From the NCBI GenBank assembly GCA_965218975.1, contig OZ244717.1, positions 234,205 through 298,204 on the forward strand: a DNA stretch of 64,000 bases, read 5' to 3'. Below, piece by piece: positions 48,825 through 58,545 of the stretch. Source of the DNA: Candidatus Oxydemutatoraceae bacterium. Lineage in GTDB: Bacteria; Pseudomonadota; Gammaproteobacteria; Poriferisulfidales; Oxydemutatoraceae. The notes under the pieces are model-generated. The model worked only from the letters and a program-made list of their open reading frames with translations. It was not told the origin of the DNA and made no database searches. How positions within the stretch are numbered: the first letter of the stretch is position 1; every line of letters starts with the position of its first letter. The position numbers and the translations under genes were made by a program.

Positions 48825-51800
48825 TGGCACTAATTGATCAAATTCATATCGCGCGGCGTTTCCAAAAATCAATCCGCATTGATGCCGATTTCGGCGAACG
48901 CGATGCGCTGCACGGATTTATATGCCCTCGGTCATCGGGGAATACTCTGCTATCCATGGCCCGGCACGTGTCGGAGACCAACCAAGGCGCTTTTACTTGG
49001 ACCGGTCCGTACGGCAGCGGAAAATCTAGTCTTATCGTTGCTTTAAGCGCATTGCTCGGCGGTAATCCGCATTTGCGAGAACAAGCCGCCGCGATTTTTG
49101 GCCGAACGCTTACTAATGCGATACGAGGAATGCTTCCGGCAGGGATGAAGGGTTGGCGGGTAGTGCCGGTGATAGGGAGGCGAGATGACCCTGTTGATGT
49201 TATCGGACGCACCTTAGAGACAACGGGGCTTGTCGCTCGCCGGCCTCGCGGCGGCTGGACCGAAGATCTTCTTATTACCAATTTGATGGAAGGCGCGACA
49301 AACAAGGTTTACGGCGGGTTGATCTTATTCGTTGACGAGATGGGAAAATTCCTTGAGGCGGCCGCACAAGACGAGGTGGATATTTATATTTTCCAGCAAC
49401 TTGCCGAAACCGCCTCGCGAAGCAACGGGCGACTCCTCGTCATTGGTATATTGCACCAGGCGTTTGAAGAATATGCGCACCGCTTGTCTTACGAAATGCG
49501 CGATGAGTGGGCCAAGATACAAGGACGCTTCATTGATCTTCCGGTTAACACGACCGGCGAAGAACAAATTGACCTTATTTCCCGCGCAATCGGAAACAAC
49601 CGCCGTGCCGGTAAACCGAGCGCGCCATCTGTAACCGTGGCACAGTCGGTATATCGCGGTCGCACCGGCGATGCTCGGCAATTAGCCCGGATGCTGGAAA
49701 ATTGCCGGCCGTTGCATCCTGTTGTCGCGTGTTTGCTCGGGCCGATATCGCGCCGGCGCTTTGGCCAAAACCAACGCAGTATATTTGGCTTTCTCAATTC
49801 AGCCGAACCTCACGGTTTTCAGGATTATCTGCGCACCGCAAACGGAAACAGTCGCTACGGGCCCGAAAAGCTTTGGGATTATTTGCAGACAAATCTCGAG
49901 CCGTCCATTCTCGCCTCGCCGGACAGTCATCGATGGGCATTTGCGGCGGAAGCCATAGAGCGCTGTGAGTCTGTCGGGGGAGATATCTTCCATGTCAATT
50001 TATTAAAAACGATCGCGGTTATCGATCTTTTTAAGGAACGATCGGGACTCGTAGCCGGTTTCGATCTGCTTAAATCATGTTTTCCCGGTATCACGGCAAA
50101 ATCTTTAAAGCAAGGTCTAAAACGGCTGGACGATTGGTCGTTGACCGTATTCAAAAAATTTCAGGATGCATACGCCGTATTTGCCGGCAGCGACTTTGAT
50201 ATTGACCGGGCTGTCGGCAAGGCATTGGAGGAAATTGACGAAATTGATTTTGCCGCACTGAAATCGTTGGCGGGGCTTCAGCCGATTCTTGCCAAGCGCC
50301 ACTATTACGAAACCGGAGCAATGCGCTGGTTTGACGTAGATATCACTTCGGCGTGTGATGTTGCGGAATCCGTAGCTCGGTTCGAAACGAAAAACGATGT
50401 GATCGGTCAGTTCCTGTCGGTAATCCCGACAAAAGGAGAAGATGAAGATACGGTTAAAAAATTGTGCCGCGACGCAGCAAAGTCGCACGGTCAATGGGGC
50501 ATCATCGTCGGGTTTTCCGAGTACTCCCGGGCTGTTGTTGCCCTCGCGCGCGAGCTGCTGGCGACGGATAAAGTAAATAACGAATCTCCCGAGTTGGCGG
50601 GCGATACCGTTGCGCGCCGCGAAGTGTCCGCCCGTCTTGCTGAGTTGCAAGCCCTGCTTGAGCGCGAGCTGAATAAGTCTTTTGACCGAGCCGAATGGTA
50701 TCGCAAACATTGCGTTCCCAAGCCGTATCGCCGAGCCGATTTGAATAATCTGGTTTCTAAGCTTGCCGATAAGCGCTTTGATCAGTGCCCCAAGATTCGT
50801 AACGAACTTTTAAATAGACAAAAACCTTCCGGCAGCGCCGCCGGCGCGCGGAATGCCTTGTTACGTTGTATGGTCCGGAACGAGGGCAAGCCTCGCCTCG
50901 GAATAGAGGGCTACCCTGCTGAAGGCGGTTTGTTCGCATCTATACTCGAGACGACAGGCCTGTATTCCGAAGCGCGTGCAGGAAAATGGCATTTTACGGC
51001 ACCACCCCAAGGCAAGACTGACAAGTGCAGGATATTTCCTATGTGGAATGCGGCTGTCCGACACATCAAAAAAAATAATCAGCGTCCCGTGCCGGTATCG
51101 GAACTCTACGACAAGATTTGGTCTCAACCGCCCTACGGGGTCAAGGCGGGATTGGTGCCCGTTTTATCCGTTGCATTTATATTGTCGCAGCGTAACAACG
51201 TAGCGGTATATCGCGAGAGTATTTTTCGTGCCCGTTTTGACGATATTGACATGGAATATATGGTCAAGAACGCTGCGGCCATACAGTTGCGCTGGATGAG
51301 GCTCAACAGTACGTCGCGCCGCTTATTGTCCGATATGACCGAGGTCGTGCGCGACTTGAACAAGAACAACAAACTGCTTCATCCGGAGCCGATTGACGTG
51401 GCGCGCGGTTTGGTTGCAATTTACGAACGATTGCCTCAGTGGGCTAAGCGCACGATGAGGCTCTCGGCAAACGCGATCAGAGTGCGCGATATTTTTAAGC
51501 ACGCATACGACCCTAATAAATTCTTGTTTGACGATATTCCTACATTGTCGGAAGGGAAGAGGACGGGCCCTTCAGGCGCAAAAGCTATTCGGAAAATTGT
51601 TTCCTTGGTAAATGAAGGCTTGCAAGAGCTTGTGCAGGCCTATCCTTTGATGCTCCGTCGTATGCGCGACGTTATGTTGGCAGAATTGCAGGTTCCGAAC
51701 GCATCAAGGCAATCTCTTGCGGAATTAAGAGACCGAGCTACCAATATAAAAGAGTTGGCGGGTGATTTCCGTCTGGATGCTTTTATCGGGAGAATCGCCC

Positions 51801-52225
51801 GATACGACGGCAGCGACGCCGGATTTGAGGGGATTGCCAGTCTTGCAGCGAATAAACCGCCTCGCGACTGGGTTGATCCGGATTTGAACCGCGCCGCAAT
51901 AGAGATTGCGGACATGGCGCAGAAGTTTTTAAGAGCCGAAACTTTTACCCGTATCCGCGGACGGCCTGAGAAACGCCAGGCCATGGCTGTCTTTATCGGC
52001 GTGAAGGGGCGACCCGTGCCTTTGCTGGAAGAGTTTGATGTCATTGACTCCGACCGAGCGGCAATTGATGATCTTATTGAGCATGTCTCTGCCGTGCTTG
52101 AGACGGTTGATACAAATAGCCGGAGTATCGTATTGGCCGCATTGGCCGAACTTGGCGCCCGGTATATGCAAAAGCCGGACCAAGCCAAGCGAAAAAGGAA
52201 GAACGGAAAACCTACCGATGCCTGA
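48806..52225 (+). CDS. sspC: Large P-loop NTPase (1139 aa); candidate SspC.
   Basis: Walker A WTGPYGSGKSSLIVAL. Walker B LILFVDEMGKFLE. The start overlaps the DUF4007 gene and the end overlaps the PP-loop gene. No transmembrane segments. Confidence 0.55.
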   Translation: MHEGSVVALIDQIHIARRFQKSIRIDADFGERDALHGFICPRSSGNTLLSMARHVSETNQGAFTWTGPYGSGKSSLIVALSALLGGNPHLREQAAAIFGRTLTNAIRGMLPAGMKGWRVVPVIGRRDDPVDVIGRTLETTGLVARRPRGGWTEDLLITNLMEGATNKVYGGLILFVDEMGKFLEAAAQDEVDIYIFQQLAETASRSNGRLLVIGILHQAFEEYAHRLSYEMRDEWAKIQGRFIDLPVNTTGEEQIDLISRAIGNNRRAGKPSAPSVTVAQSVYRGRTGDARQLARMLENCRPLHPVVACLLGPISRRRFGQNQRSIFGFLNSAEPHGFQDYLRTANGNSRYGPEKLWDYLQTNLEPSILASPDSHRWAFAAEAIERCESVGGDIFHVNLLKTIAVIDLFKERSGLVAGFDLLKSCFPGITAKSLKQGLKRLDDWSLTVFKKFQDAYAVFAGSDFDIDRAVGKALEEIDEIDFAALKSLAGLQPILAKRHYYETGAMRWFDVDITSACDVAESVARFETKNDVIGQFLSVIPTKGEDEDTVKKLCRDAAKSHGQWGIIVGFSEYSRAVVALARELLATDKVNNESPELAGDTVARREVSARLAELQALLERELNKSFDRAEWYRKHCVPKPYRRADLNNLVSKLADKRFDQCPKIRNELLNRQKPSGSAAGARNALLRCMVRNEGKPRLGIEGYPAEGGLFASILETTGLYSEARAGKWHFTAPPQGKTDKCRIFPMWNAAVRHIKKNNQRPVPVSELYDKIWSQPPYGVKAGLVPVLSVAFILSQRNNVAVYRESIFRARFDDIDMEYMVKNAAAIQLRWMRLNSTSRRLLSDMTEVVRDLNKNNKLLHPEPIDVARGLVAIYERLPQWAKRTMRLSANAIRVRDIFKHAYDPNKFLFDDIPTLSEGKRTGPSGAKAIRKIVSLVNEGLQELVQAYPLMLRRMRDVMLAELQVPNASRQSLAELRDRATNIKELAGDFRLDAFIGRIARYDGSDAGFEGIASLAANKPPRDWVDPDLNRAAIEIADMAQKFLRAETFTRIRGRPEKRQAMAVFIGVKGRPVPLLEEFDVIDSDRAAIDDLIEHVSAVLETVDTNSRSIVLAALAELGARYMQKPDQAKRKRKNGKPTDA

Positions 52226-53048
52226 AAAGCATGTTTTAGGATTATCCGGCGGCAGAGACAGCGCTGCGTTGGCTGTTTACATGCGGCAACATTATCCCGA
52301 GCTTGAGTTGGAATATTTCTTTACCGATACCGGCAAAGAATTACCCGAAGTTTATGAGTATCTAGGACGGTTGGAAGGGTTTCTCGGGCAGCCGATTTTG
52401 CGCCTTAATCCGGATCGCGATTTTGACTTCTGGTTAAAGCAATATGACGGTTTCCTTCCTTCTCCTCAAACGAGATGGTGCACGAGACAATTAAAACTTC
52501 GTCCGTTTGAAGACTGGATTCGACCGATGCTTGAAAACGGAACAAAAGTGTATAGTTACGTCGCTATTCGCGGGGATGAGGCGTATAGAAAAGGGTATTC
52601 TCCTAAATACGAGAATTTGAAAATCAAATTGCCTTTTAAGGAGGCAGGTATAGACAAAGCCGGGGTGCTTGAAATTCTTGACGGTGCCGGGCTCGGCTTG
52701 CCCGAATATTACTCATGGCGGACTAGGAGCGGGTGCACGTTTTGTTTCTTTCAGCAGAAAATTGAGTGGGTGCGGCTGAAGGAGCGGCACCCGGACGCAT
52801 TTGAAGAAGCCAAGGCATACGAGAAAGACGCCGTTAACCACGGTTCCCCTTTCACCTGGAGTCAAGGTGAGTCCTTAGAAGAGCTGTCACAGCCGGAGCG
52901 TATTGACCAGATCAAAGAAGAACATGCGCGACGTCTTCTGCGCTTGAGGGGTAAAGTGCAGAATAATCCTTTGCGTTCCGATAGCGAGCCCTTGGATATT
53001 GACGATTTATACGGCAAGGCAAAAGTTTGCTTGGCATGCCATAAGTAG
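52218..53048 (+). CDS. sspD: PAPS-reductase / PP-loop ATP pyrophosphatase family protein; candidate SspD (DndC-like).
   Basis: PP-loop motif VLGLSGGRDSAALAV immediately after the start at MPEKHV (52218, 8-nt overlap with the previous gene). C-terminal CxxC motif CLACHK. Confidence 0.65.
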   Translation: MPEKHVLGLSGGRDSAALAVYMRQHYPELELEYFFTDTGKELPEVYEYLGRLEGFLGQPILRLNPDRDFDFWLKQYDGFLPSPQTRWCTRQLKLRPFEDWIRPMLENGTKVYSYVAIRGDEAYRKGYSPKYENLKIKLPFKEAGIDKAGVLEILDGAGLGLPEYYSWRTRSGCTFCFFQQKIEWVRLKERHPDAFEEAKAYEKDAVNHGSPFTWSQGESLEELSQPERIDQIKEEHARRLLRLRGKVQNNPLRSDSEPLDIDDLYGKAKVCLACHK

Positions 53049-53191
53049 ACTTTGACTGCTTTTCGGAAATAGTTGGTAGGCACTTCGGCAACGGCTTACT
53101 TGGGGATGTTCTTGCGGGGAGGTGTGCTTGAATCTTGAAACCGAACGGATTGTCGCATACGGACGTGCGGGCACACCCACAGCGATGCAAC

Positions 53192-53662
53192 TTAGTGCTT
53201 TCTCAGCATCTTGTCGATTGCCTCCGACAGATTCCAGATCGGTTCCGCACCACCGTCCTTCAGCATCTCCAAAACATGCGGCAGCCCGGCCGCGGCAAGG
53301 CCGTTTGCGAGCGTCATCATCTTTCGCGGTTCTGACACAATATCTACGTTACCTGATTTGCTGATCGCGATTAGCATGAGCGTGTGAATACGCCACGGAT
53401 CGCTGATGAATATCGACCCGTCAACTATCTTTTTTATCTTCTTCCGCGTACTGTGTTTCGCAGTGTCAGCAGGTTTTAAGCCTAGTCGTGCCGCGATGCA
53501 GACGGACAGAAACCAGAGATCAACCATGCGTGGAAACGGGCTTTGGTCTATTACGGTGTCGGCTTCGGCGCTTCGGCAATATCGCGTGAACGCCTCGTGG
53601 AATTCCACTGGCACGTTGATGTCAATGGTTTGAAAAGGATTGAAATATCGGTCTGCCATCAT
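53192..53662 (-). CDS. Hypothetical 156-aa protein; last gene of the four-gene operon convergent with sspBCD.
   Basis: The ORF starts 7 nt after the stop of the SMC-like gene. No recognisable family. Confidence 0.5.
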   Translation of the reverse strand: MMADRYFNPFQTIDINVPVEFHEAFTRYCRSAEADTVIDQSPFPRMVDLWFLSVCIAARLGLKPADTAKHSTRKKIKKIVDGSIFISDPWRIHTLMLIAISKSGNVDIVSEPRKMMTLANGLAAAGLPHVLEMLKDGGAEPIWNLSEAIDKMLRKH

Positions 53663-53668
53663 CGCCTC

Positions 53669-55810
53669 CTATGACGCCACGCCTGGTTCGACTCGCGGGT
53701 CTGGGCGGCGCCGGCAGAGCTGGCATTCGTCCTTGTGATCGCATTCGCAGCGGAGGACCCTGCGTTCTTCAATGCCGGGATCGTTCACGAGCATTTTCGG
53801 GTAGTGTGCGGAGTTCGTCAGGGTAAATACCACTCCGGCGGACTGATCGATAATTTCCTCGCAGCCCGTAATTTCATCGTGTGTCAGGAACAGAATCAGT
53901 TGCGCGCTTTCACGTACGGATGTGTGCAGGACCGAGCGCTTCACAAAGCCACTCGTCATGCCGAGCGGTGTGTCAATCACGTTCGGCGCTTCAACCTCGC
54001 TCACTTTCGTTAGGGCGAGGATGAATGCGAGCGTCAGCGCGCGGCGAGATGCGCCGTTTAGGTCGCGGTCGGGGTTGAGTGTCCTGTCATTCGGGCCGTA
54101 GGCGATGATGTCAAATTCCCGGCTGATCTCAGCGCGCTGGATAATCGCGCCCTGTTTCGGGTCCGCGCCGATCATTTCCAGGAATATGTTGTTCATTAAA
54201 TCGCTGACCTTCCGCAATTCCTTGTTGGTGATTCGCTCATACGCGCTTTGCAGCACCTTCCTGACGTCTTGCGTGACTTCAAGTTCGGCCCGAACCCGCG
54301 CTCCACTTTTCTGTTTGCGCAAGAGGCGGTCGCGCTCGGTTTCTAACTTTATGCGATCGCGGTGCAGCTCGGTGAGCTGGGTTTTGATGGCCGACTGTTC
54401 CGACAGGTAGTGGTCACGCCGGTCATTGAACTGGCGGCGCGCTTTGCGCAGACCCTGGATATCCGTGTTGGGAAGCGAGTCGAGTTGCAATTCCAGCGCA
54501 CGCAACTTCCGACCTTCTTCGTTGCGCAGGGTTCCGAGATCGTCGCGCCGCTCGGCGACTTTCTTGTAGTCCTCAAGCCATCCACTTGACCCGGCGTCAC
54601 CGCTGGTCTGTAAGGGCTTCGCGTAGTACAACAGTTCGGCGACGACCTCCTGGATTTCTTCGGGATGCCGGCTGTCGTTGATCAGCTTCTGAATACGTGC
54701 GCGGCGCTTGTCGCCGCCGGGACCGTCGGGTTCCAACGTTTCGCCGCAGATGCAGATTTCCGCTGAGAGACATCCCTCAAGCACCGGGATCGTTATGTAC
54801 GGGATCTTGCCCTGCTCGCGCAGCTCTTCGAGTTTGTCGAATGCCTGACCGAGCATCGGCGCAAGCAGGTCGGTTGCAACGGACCGGCTGCGAAACAGTG
54901 CTGAGTGTTCCTCGTTCGCCACCTTGACCCGTCTGTCGAGCTGACGGATCATGTTCTTCGCATATTCGAGGTCCTTGCGCAGCTTTTCCTTGTCACCTTT
55001 CTGGAGGGCCGCGTCAATCTCGCGGTCTCTCTTATTGACGTATTCATCGAACGTCCTGAACTGTTGTTTGGCGTCCGCAAGAGCGTCTTCGGATTTCTTG
55101 CAGTCGTTCTCTAGCGTTTCGAGGCGCGAGGCGGTCTTGTTCAGCTCACTGCCGGACCCGAGTTGCTTTGCTTGCTTATTCACTTCCGCCGCCGATTTGC
55201 CCACATGCTTGATCGCGTCGTTGATTACTTCGAGTCCCAGAAGAGAACATATCGCCTGTTCCACGCGGTCGCGTTTGGTGGATAGGATAACATCCGCTTC
55301 GATGAAGCTTAGCGCGCGGTCACCATCTGTGAAAAAGACCTCCCTTAGCTGCGGTGGCAGGTTTTCGTTGATGAACGCTTCTGGGGTGCTCATGGGACTT
55401 GCGCCGGTATCGTTCAGCTGAAGCAGGTCCACGGTCGAGGCGGAACGACGGGCCTGGCTGTCTATATCCTCGAACGCCGAGCGTACGAGGCGATAGTGCC
55501 GGCGGGTTTCGCGCCATTCCTCGCCGACTCGTCGGTGGGTCGTCAGCTCGAATTCAACCACGGCCATGATCGGGACCCGCTTCCCATCGCTCGCGACCCA
55601 GTCAATGGGATGCAGCCGAAATCCCTCGCCCTTGTCGGGCAGCGCCCCGTCGCCGTAAAGTGCCCATTGAAGGCCGTGCAGGATCGTGGTTTTCCCGGAT
55701 TCGTTCGCGGCGCGGATAACGGTTAGTTTTTTGTCGGGGTCGGTGGAGAATTCCAGCTCCAGATCGCGGAGCAGCCGGAAGTTCTTAAATTCGGCGCGGA
55801 GCAGCTTCAT
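53669..55810 (-). CDS. SMC/RecF/DndD-like AAA ATPase with a long central coiled-coil and Cys clusters.
   Basis: N-terminal Walker A IRAANESGKTTILHGLQWALYG. C-terminal signature/D-loop region RRALTLAFILAL...LILFLTHDE. About 400 aa of heptad-rich sequence between them. Central CLSAEICICGETLEPDGPGG and C-terminal CECDHKDECQLC Cys clusters. Start taken at MKLLRAEF (55810), which overlaps the upstream small-ORF stop as ATGA. Confidence 0.65.
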   Translation of the reverse strand: MKLLRAEFKNFRLLRDLELEFSTDPDKKLTVIRAANESGKTTILHGLQWALYGDGALPDKGEGFRLHPIDWVASDGKRVPIMAVVEFELTTHRRVGEEWRETRRHYRLVRSAFEDIDSQARRSASTVDLLQLNDTGASPMSTPEAFINENLPPQLREVFFTDGDRALSFIEADVILSTKRDRVEQAICSLLGLEVINDAIKHVGKSAAEVNKQAKQLGSGSELNKTASRLETLENDCKKSEDALADAKQQFRTFDEYVNKRDREIDAALQKGDKEKLRKDLEYAKNMIRQLDRRVKVANEEHSALFRSRSVATDLLAPMLGQAFDKLEELREQGKIPYITIPVLEGCLSAEICICGETLEPDGPGGDKRRARIQKLINDSRHPEEIQEVVAELLYYAKPLQTSGDAGSSGWLEDYKKVAERRDDLGTLRNEEGRKLRALELQLDSLPNTDIQGLRKARRQFNDRRDHYLSEQSAIKTQLTELHRDRIKLETERDRLLRKQKSGARVRAELEVTQDVRKVLQSAYERITNKELRKVSDLMNNIFLEMIGADPKQGAIIQRAEISREFDIIAYGPNDRTLNPDRDLNGASRRALTLAFILALTKVSEVEAPNVIDTPLGMTSGFVKRSVLHTSVRESAQLILFLTHDEITGCEEIIDQSAGVVFTLTNSAHYPKMLVNDPGIEERRVLRCECDHKDECQLCRRRPDPRVEPGVAS

Positions 55811-56051
55811 GAGTCCGGTTTCTCTGTTCCCGCGTCTTGACCGCGTTGAGACGCGAGGAACCGTGCAGCGGCATTGCACTTGTTGTTTATCTTCTGTTGT
55901 ATGTTTGTCGCTGAGATGCGATGCTCTCGTTCATATTCCCGAATATCGTTAATCACTTTGAAGATCTCTTTCCTATAGCCCTCACACCGTTCCTCTATCC
56001 CGGTGCACTCCTCAAGGATGATCGAGATTATCTTTTTGTCGTTTAGCGGCA
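55807..56051 (-). CDS. Small hypothetical protein (81 aa), translationally coupled between the helicase and the SMC-like gene.
   Basis: Strong RBS GGAGAGGGAGGacaaATG on the minus strand. The TGA stop overlaps the ATG of the next gene. The protein is charged and helical, with no family. Confidence 0.5.
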
Positions 56052-56068
56052 TTTGTCCTCCCTCTCCT

Positions 56069-58237
56069 TTACAAGTACGCGGCGTCAACCATTCTGTCAA
56101 TCGTCGCCAGCGGCCCGTCCGTCCGGCCCGCGTTTTTCGCTAGCCGGGCAAACTCCTGCGCCCGATGCAATTCTGAACGTACAAGGCTACGTGCATCAGG
56201 GTCAAGCTCCTCTTCCATCTTCGGCGGCAAAGCTAGTAAATCGTGAATAATGCTGTGCGTTTTGCCAATATTACTACAAGTGCGTAAAAGGCGTCCGCGC
56301 CGTTGCACCCATTGCCGTTCGACCGTCGTGCTCGCGAGAATGAACGCCTTGCATATCTGCGGGATATTCACTCCTTCGTCGAGCACGCGCTTTGCCGTCA
56401 GCATCTGAATTTCCCCGTCCTGGAAGGACTTGATGATCCGCTTAGTCTGCTCGCGGTTCGCCGTCTCTTCGGCGGTGAGCTGGTGGAATAAGATATTCCG
56501 GTCGCGCAGCAACCGATTCACGTCGTCGAGCTGATCCGGTCCCTTGTCGGAGGTGTAAACGAGCGTGTGCCGCAGGTTGCCGGTATCCTCTTTATCAAGC
56601 AGAGTCCTCAGCATCGAAACCTTGCCGGAGGCGGTTTCCAGCAACGCGCGCCGATCCCGCAAAAGCTTGGCGAGGTACTCGTCCGGCTTATCTCCGTCGC
56701 TGCGCCAAGCATTCCGCTTGATTTTGCCCGTCAGCTCGAACCAGTCGTCCATTTCGGTGTCTGTCAGGGACACGGGATGGACGTAGTAATCGTATTCGAC
56801 AAGACAGCGGCCGATGGCCTCTTCTAGTGCGAAACGGAAAACAATGGGTCCGAAGAATCCGAATAGCGCTTTTGTCCCTTCCTCGTCATACTGACGTATC
56901 GGTGTGGCCGAGAGACCGAGACGATGTTCAAAGAATTCCGGCGGATTCCTGACAAACGAGGCGCGGCCTAGATTGTGAGCTTCATCAGCAATGAGTAGGC
57001 GGTCGCAATCAAACTTCTCAACTGCGACGAGAAATTCTGGAGTGCACAACGTATCGTGACTGACGACGATGACTTCAACATCCGACAGATTGGTACGCAG
57101 TCGCCGTTTCAGTTTTTGCAGCTCGCGCGCACGCTTCGCCGCACCGCCAGCTGTCGTGAGATTGACCGGCTTTATCCCGAACGGAACGATTTCATTGCAC
57201 CACTGTTCAATCAATGGTACATAGGGCGCGGCGACGACGATGAATAGCGGTCTGCGCTCTTCGTAGAGACGGTGTGCGCTGATCATTGAAGTGATTGTCT
57301 TCCCTGAGCCGGTCGCCATTTCCAGAATGCCTCGATACCGGGTCTCGCACCATGCATTGACTGCCTTTCCCTCGTGTTTGAATGGCCCGTCTTCGTATCG
57401 AAGCCAGCTTGGTATTACGAATTCCGTCTTCGGGACCGGAACGGGCTCGTACAATGCGGGCTCTTCCGCAATGCCGGTTGCGCGCACGTAGAGAGCACGC
57501 AGATCATCTTCGGTCGGAGGCGATTCGGAGCCGTAGGTGCGCAAGAGACGCTGTCTGATGGCATCTGGCATCGCGATAACGATACAGTTGTCGTCCTTGT
57601 TTTCCCACAGTCGGCGGAACTCGTAATGAAGCTTATCGGTGATGTAATGTTGATTCGAGTCCTGCCATGACCTTGATATGGTGGTCTGTTCGATGTTCTT
57701 CCGAATGCCTGCAAAGGTTACGTTGCTCGAACCGTGCGCCGCGACGACATCGCTACCGTTCTCGAAGAGCCAAACCTTGGGATGAAAGAGAGCATCTTTC
57801 ATCAGGGCGGTCCTGATTTCGATTCGGTGCTTCCGAACCAGCCACGTAAGGCATTTTAGCGTGTAGCGTTGTAGTAGGTCTTCGGTGACGATCAGCTCTT
57901 CTAGAATCTTGTCGGCGACCTCTTCGGCTGACTTCAACCCGTCCTCAATTGCGGCTTTATCCTCGGCACGGAGCAGGGGACTCACAACAAGCCGGAAACT
58001 ATTTTGCGACCCTGCGATGTAGGTCGCTAGACCCGGGGCAAGCGAAGCTAGTACTTCGCTTGAAAAGAAACCGGTCATGCAATCTACGCTATCCGCTGCC
58101 CGGAATCCCGGAATCAACACTTCCTCGGCAAATGGGTCTGCCGGCAGCATGTAAAGCGGACGGGCCGACCCCAGCGACCGAAGCGTTTGTGTCACCACAG
58201 TCGCAGTTTTGTCCTGTATTGCCGTATCATGCACCAC
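56069..58237 (-). CDS. Fusion of a PLD-family (HKD) nuclease domain and an SF2 DEAD/DEAH-box helicase; a restriction-type effector.
   Basis: HKD motif FHPKVWLFENGSDVVAAHGSSNVT at about aa 150. Helicase motif I LEMATGSGKTITS, motif II LLIADEAHNLG, motif III SATPIRQ, motif VI QWVQRRGRLLR. 722 aa. Confidence 0.7.
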   Translation of the reverse strand: MVHDTAIQDKTATVVTQTLRSLGSARPLYMLPADPFAEEVLIPGFRAADSVDCMTGFFSSEVLASLAPGLATYIAGSQNSFRLVVSPLLRAEDKAAIEDGLKSAEEVADKILEELIVTEDLLQRYTLKCLTWLVRKHRIEIRTALMKDALFHPKVWLFENGSDVVAAHGSSNVTFAGIRKNIEQTTISRSWQDSNQHYITDKLHYEFRRLWENKDDNCIVIAMPDAIRQRLLRTYGSESPPTEDDLRALYVRATGIAEEPALYEPVPVPKTEFVIPSWLRYEDGPFKHEGKAVNAWCETRYRGILEMATGSGKTITSMISAHRLYEERRPLFIVVAAPYVPLIEQWCNEIVPFGIKPVNLTTAGGAAKRARELQKLKRRLRTNLSDVEVIVVSHDTLCTPEFLVAVEKFDCDRLLIADEAHNLGRASFVRNPPEFFEHRLGLSATPIRQYDEEGTKALFGFFGPIVFRFALEEAIGRCLVEYDYYVHPVSLTDTEMDDWFELTGKIKRNAWRSDGDKPDEYLAKLLRDRRALLETASGKVSMLRTLLDKEDTGNLRHTLVYTSDKGPDQLDDVNRLLRDRNILFHQLTAEETANREQTKRIIKSFQDGEIQMLTAKRVLDEGVNIPQICKAFILASTTVERQWVQRRGRLLRTCSNIGKTHSIIHDLLALPPKMEEELDPDARSLVRSELHRAQEFARLAKNAGRTDGPLATIDRMVDAAYL

Positions 58238-58479
58238 ACGTTCCTCCTGTTTTTCTAGTTGCCTAGAGATTCCGACCCGGGCCGATACAATGGGAAATTA
58301 ACCACGATGCCGTTGCAGTGCCGGTCCAAGAATTTCGCGACAACACGCCAGATCATCGGGTTGCCGACGGTTCGAATCCGGTGGCGAGGTATGTTGGTTC
58401 CTTGCGCACTCCTTCGTTGATGGTCTACAGAGAAGCGAACACCACATCTCTCGGGCTTTGAATACAGCAAGTTCCTTCA

Positions 58480-58545
58480 CTCCTCTTGAAACTTACCTTT
58501 TCGAGTCGTATCGTGAGTCCAATATGTATCCGGCACTATACATTA
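58480..58545 (-). mobile_element. Solo left-end fragment of the IS481-family element.
   Basis: CGTGAGTCCAATATGTATCCGGCACTATACA matches the 46384-46420 terminus (CGTGAGTCCCATACGTATCTGGCACTATACAGTGCC) in the same orientation. It lies immediately upstream of the dsrA promoter region. Confidence 0.55.
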
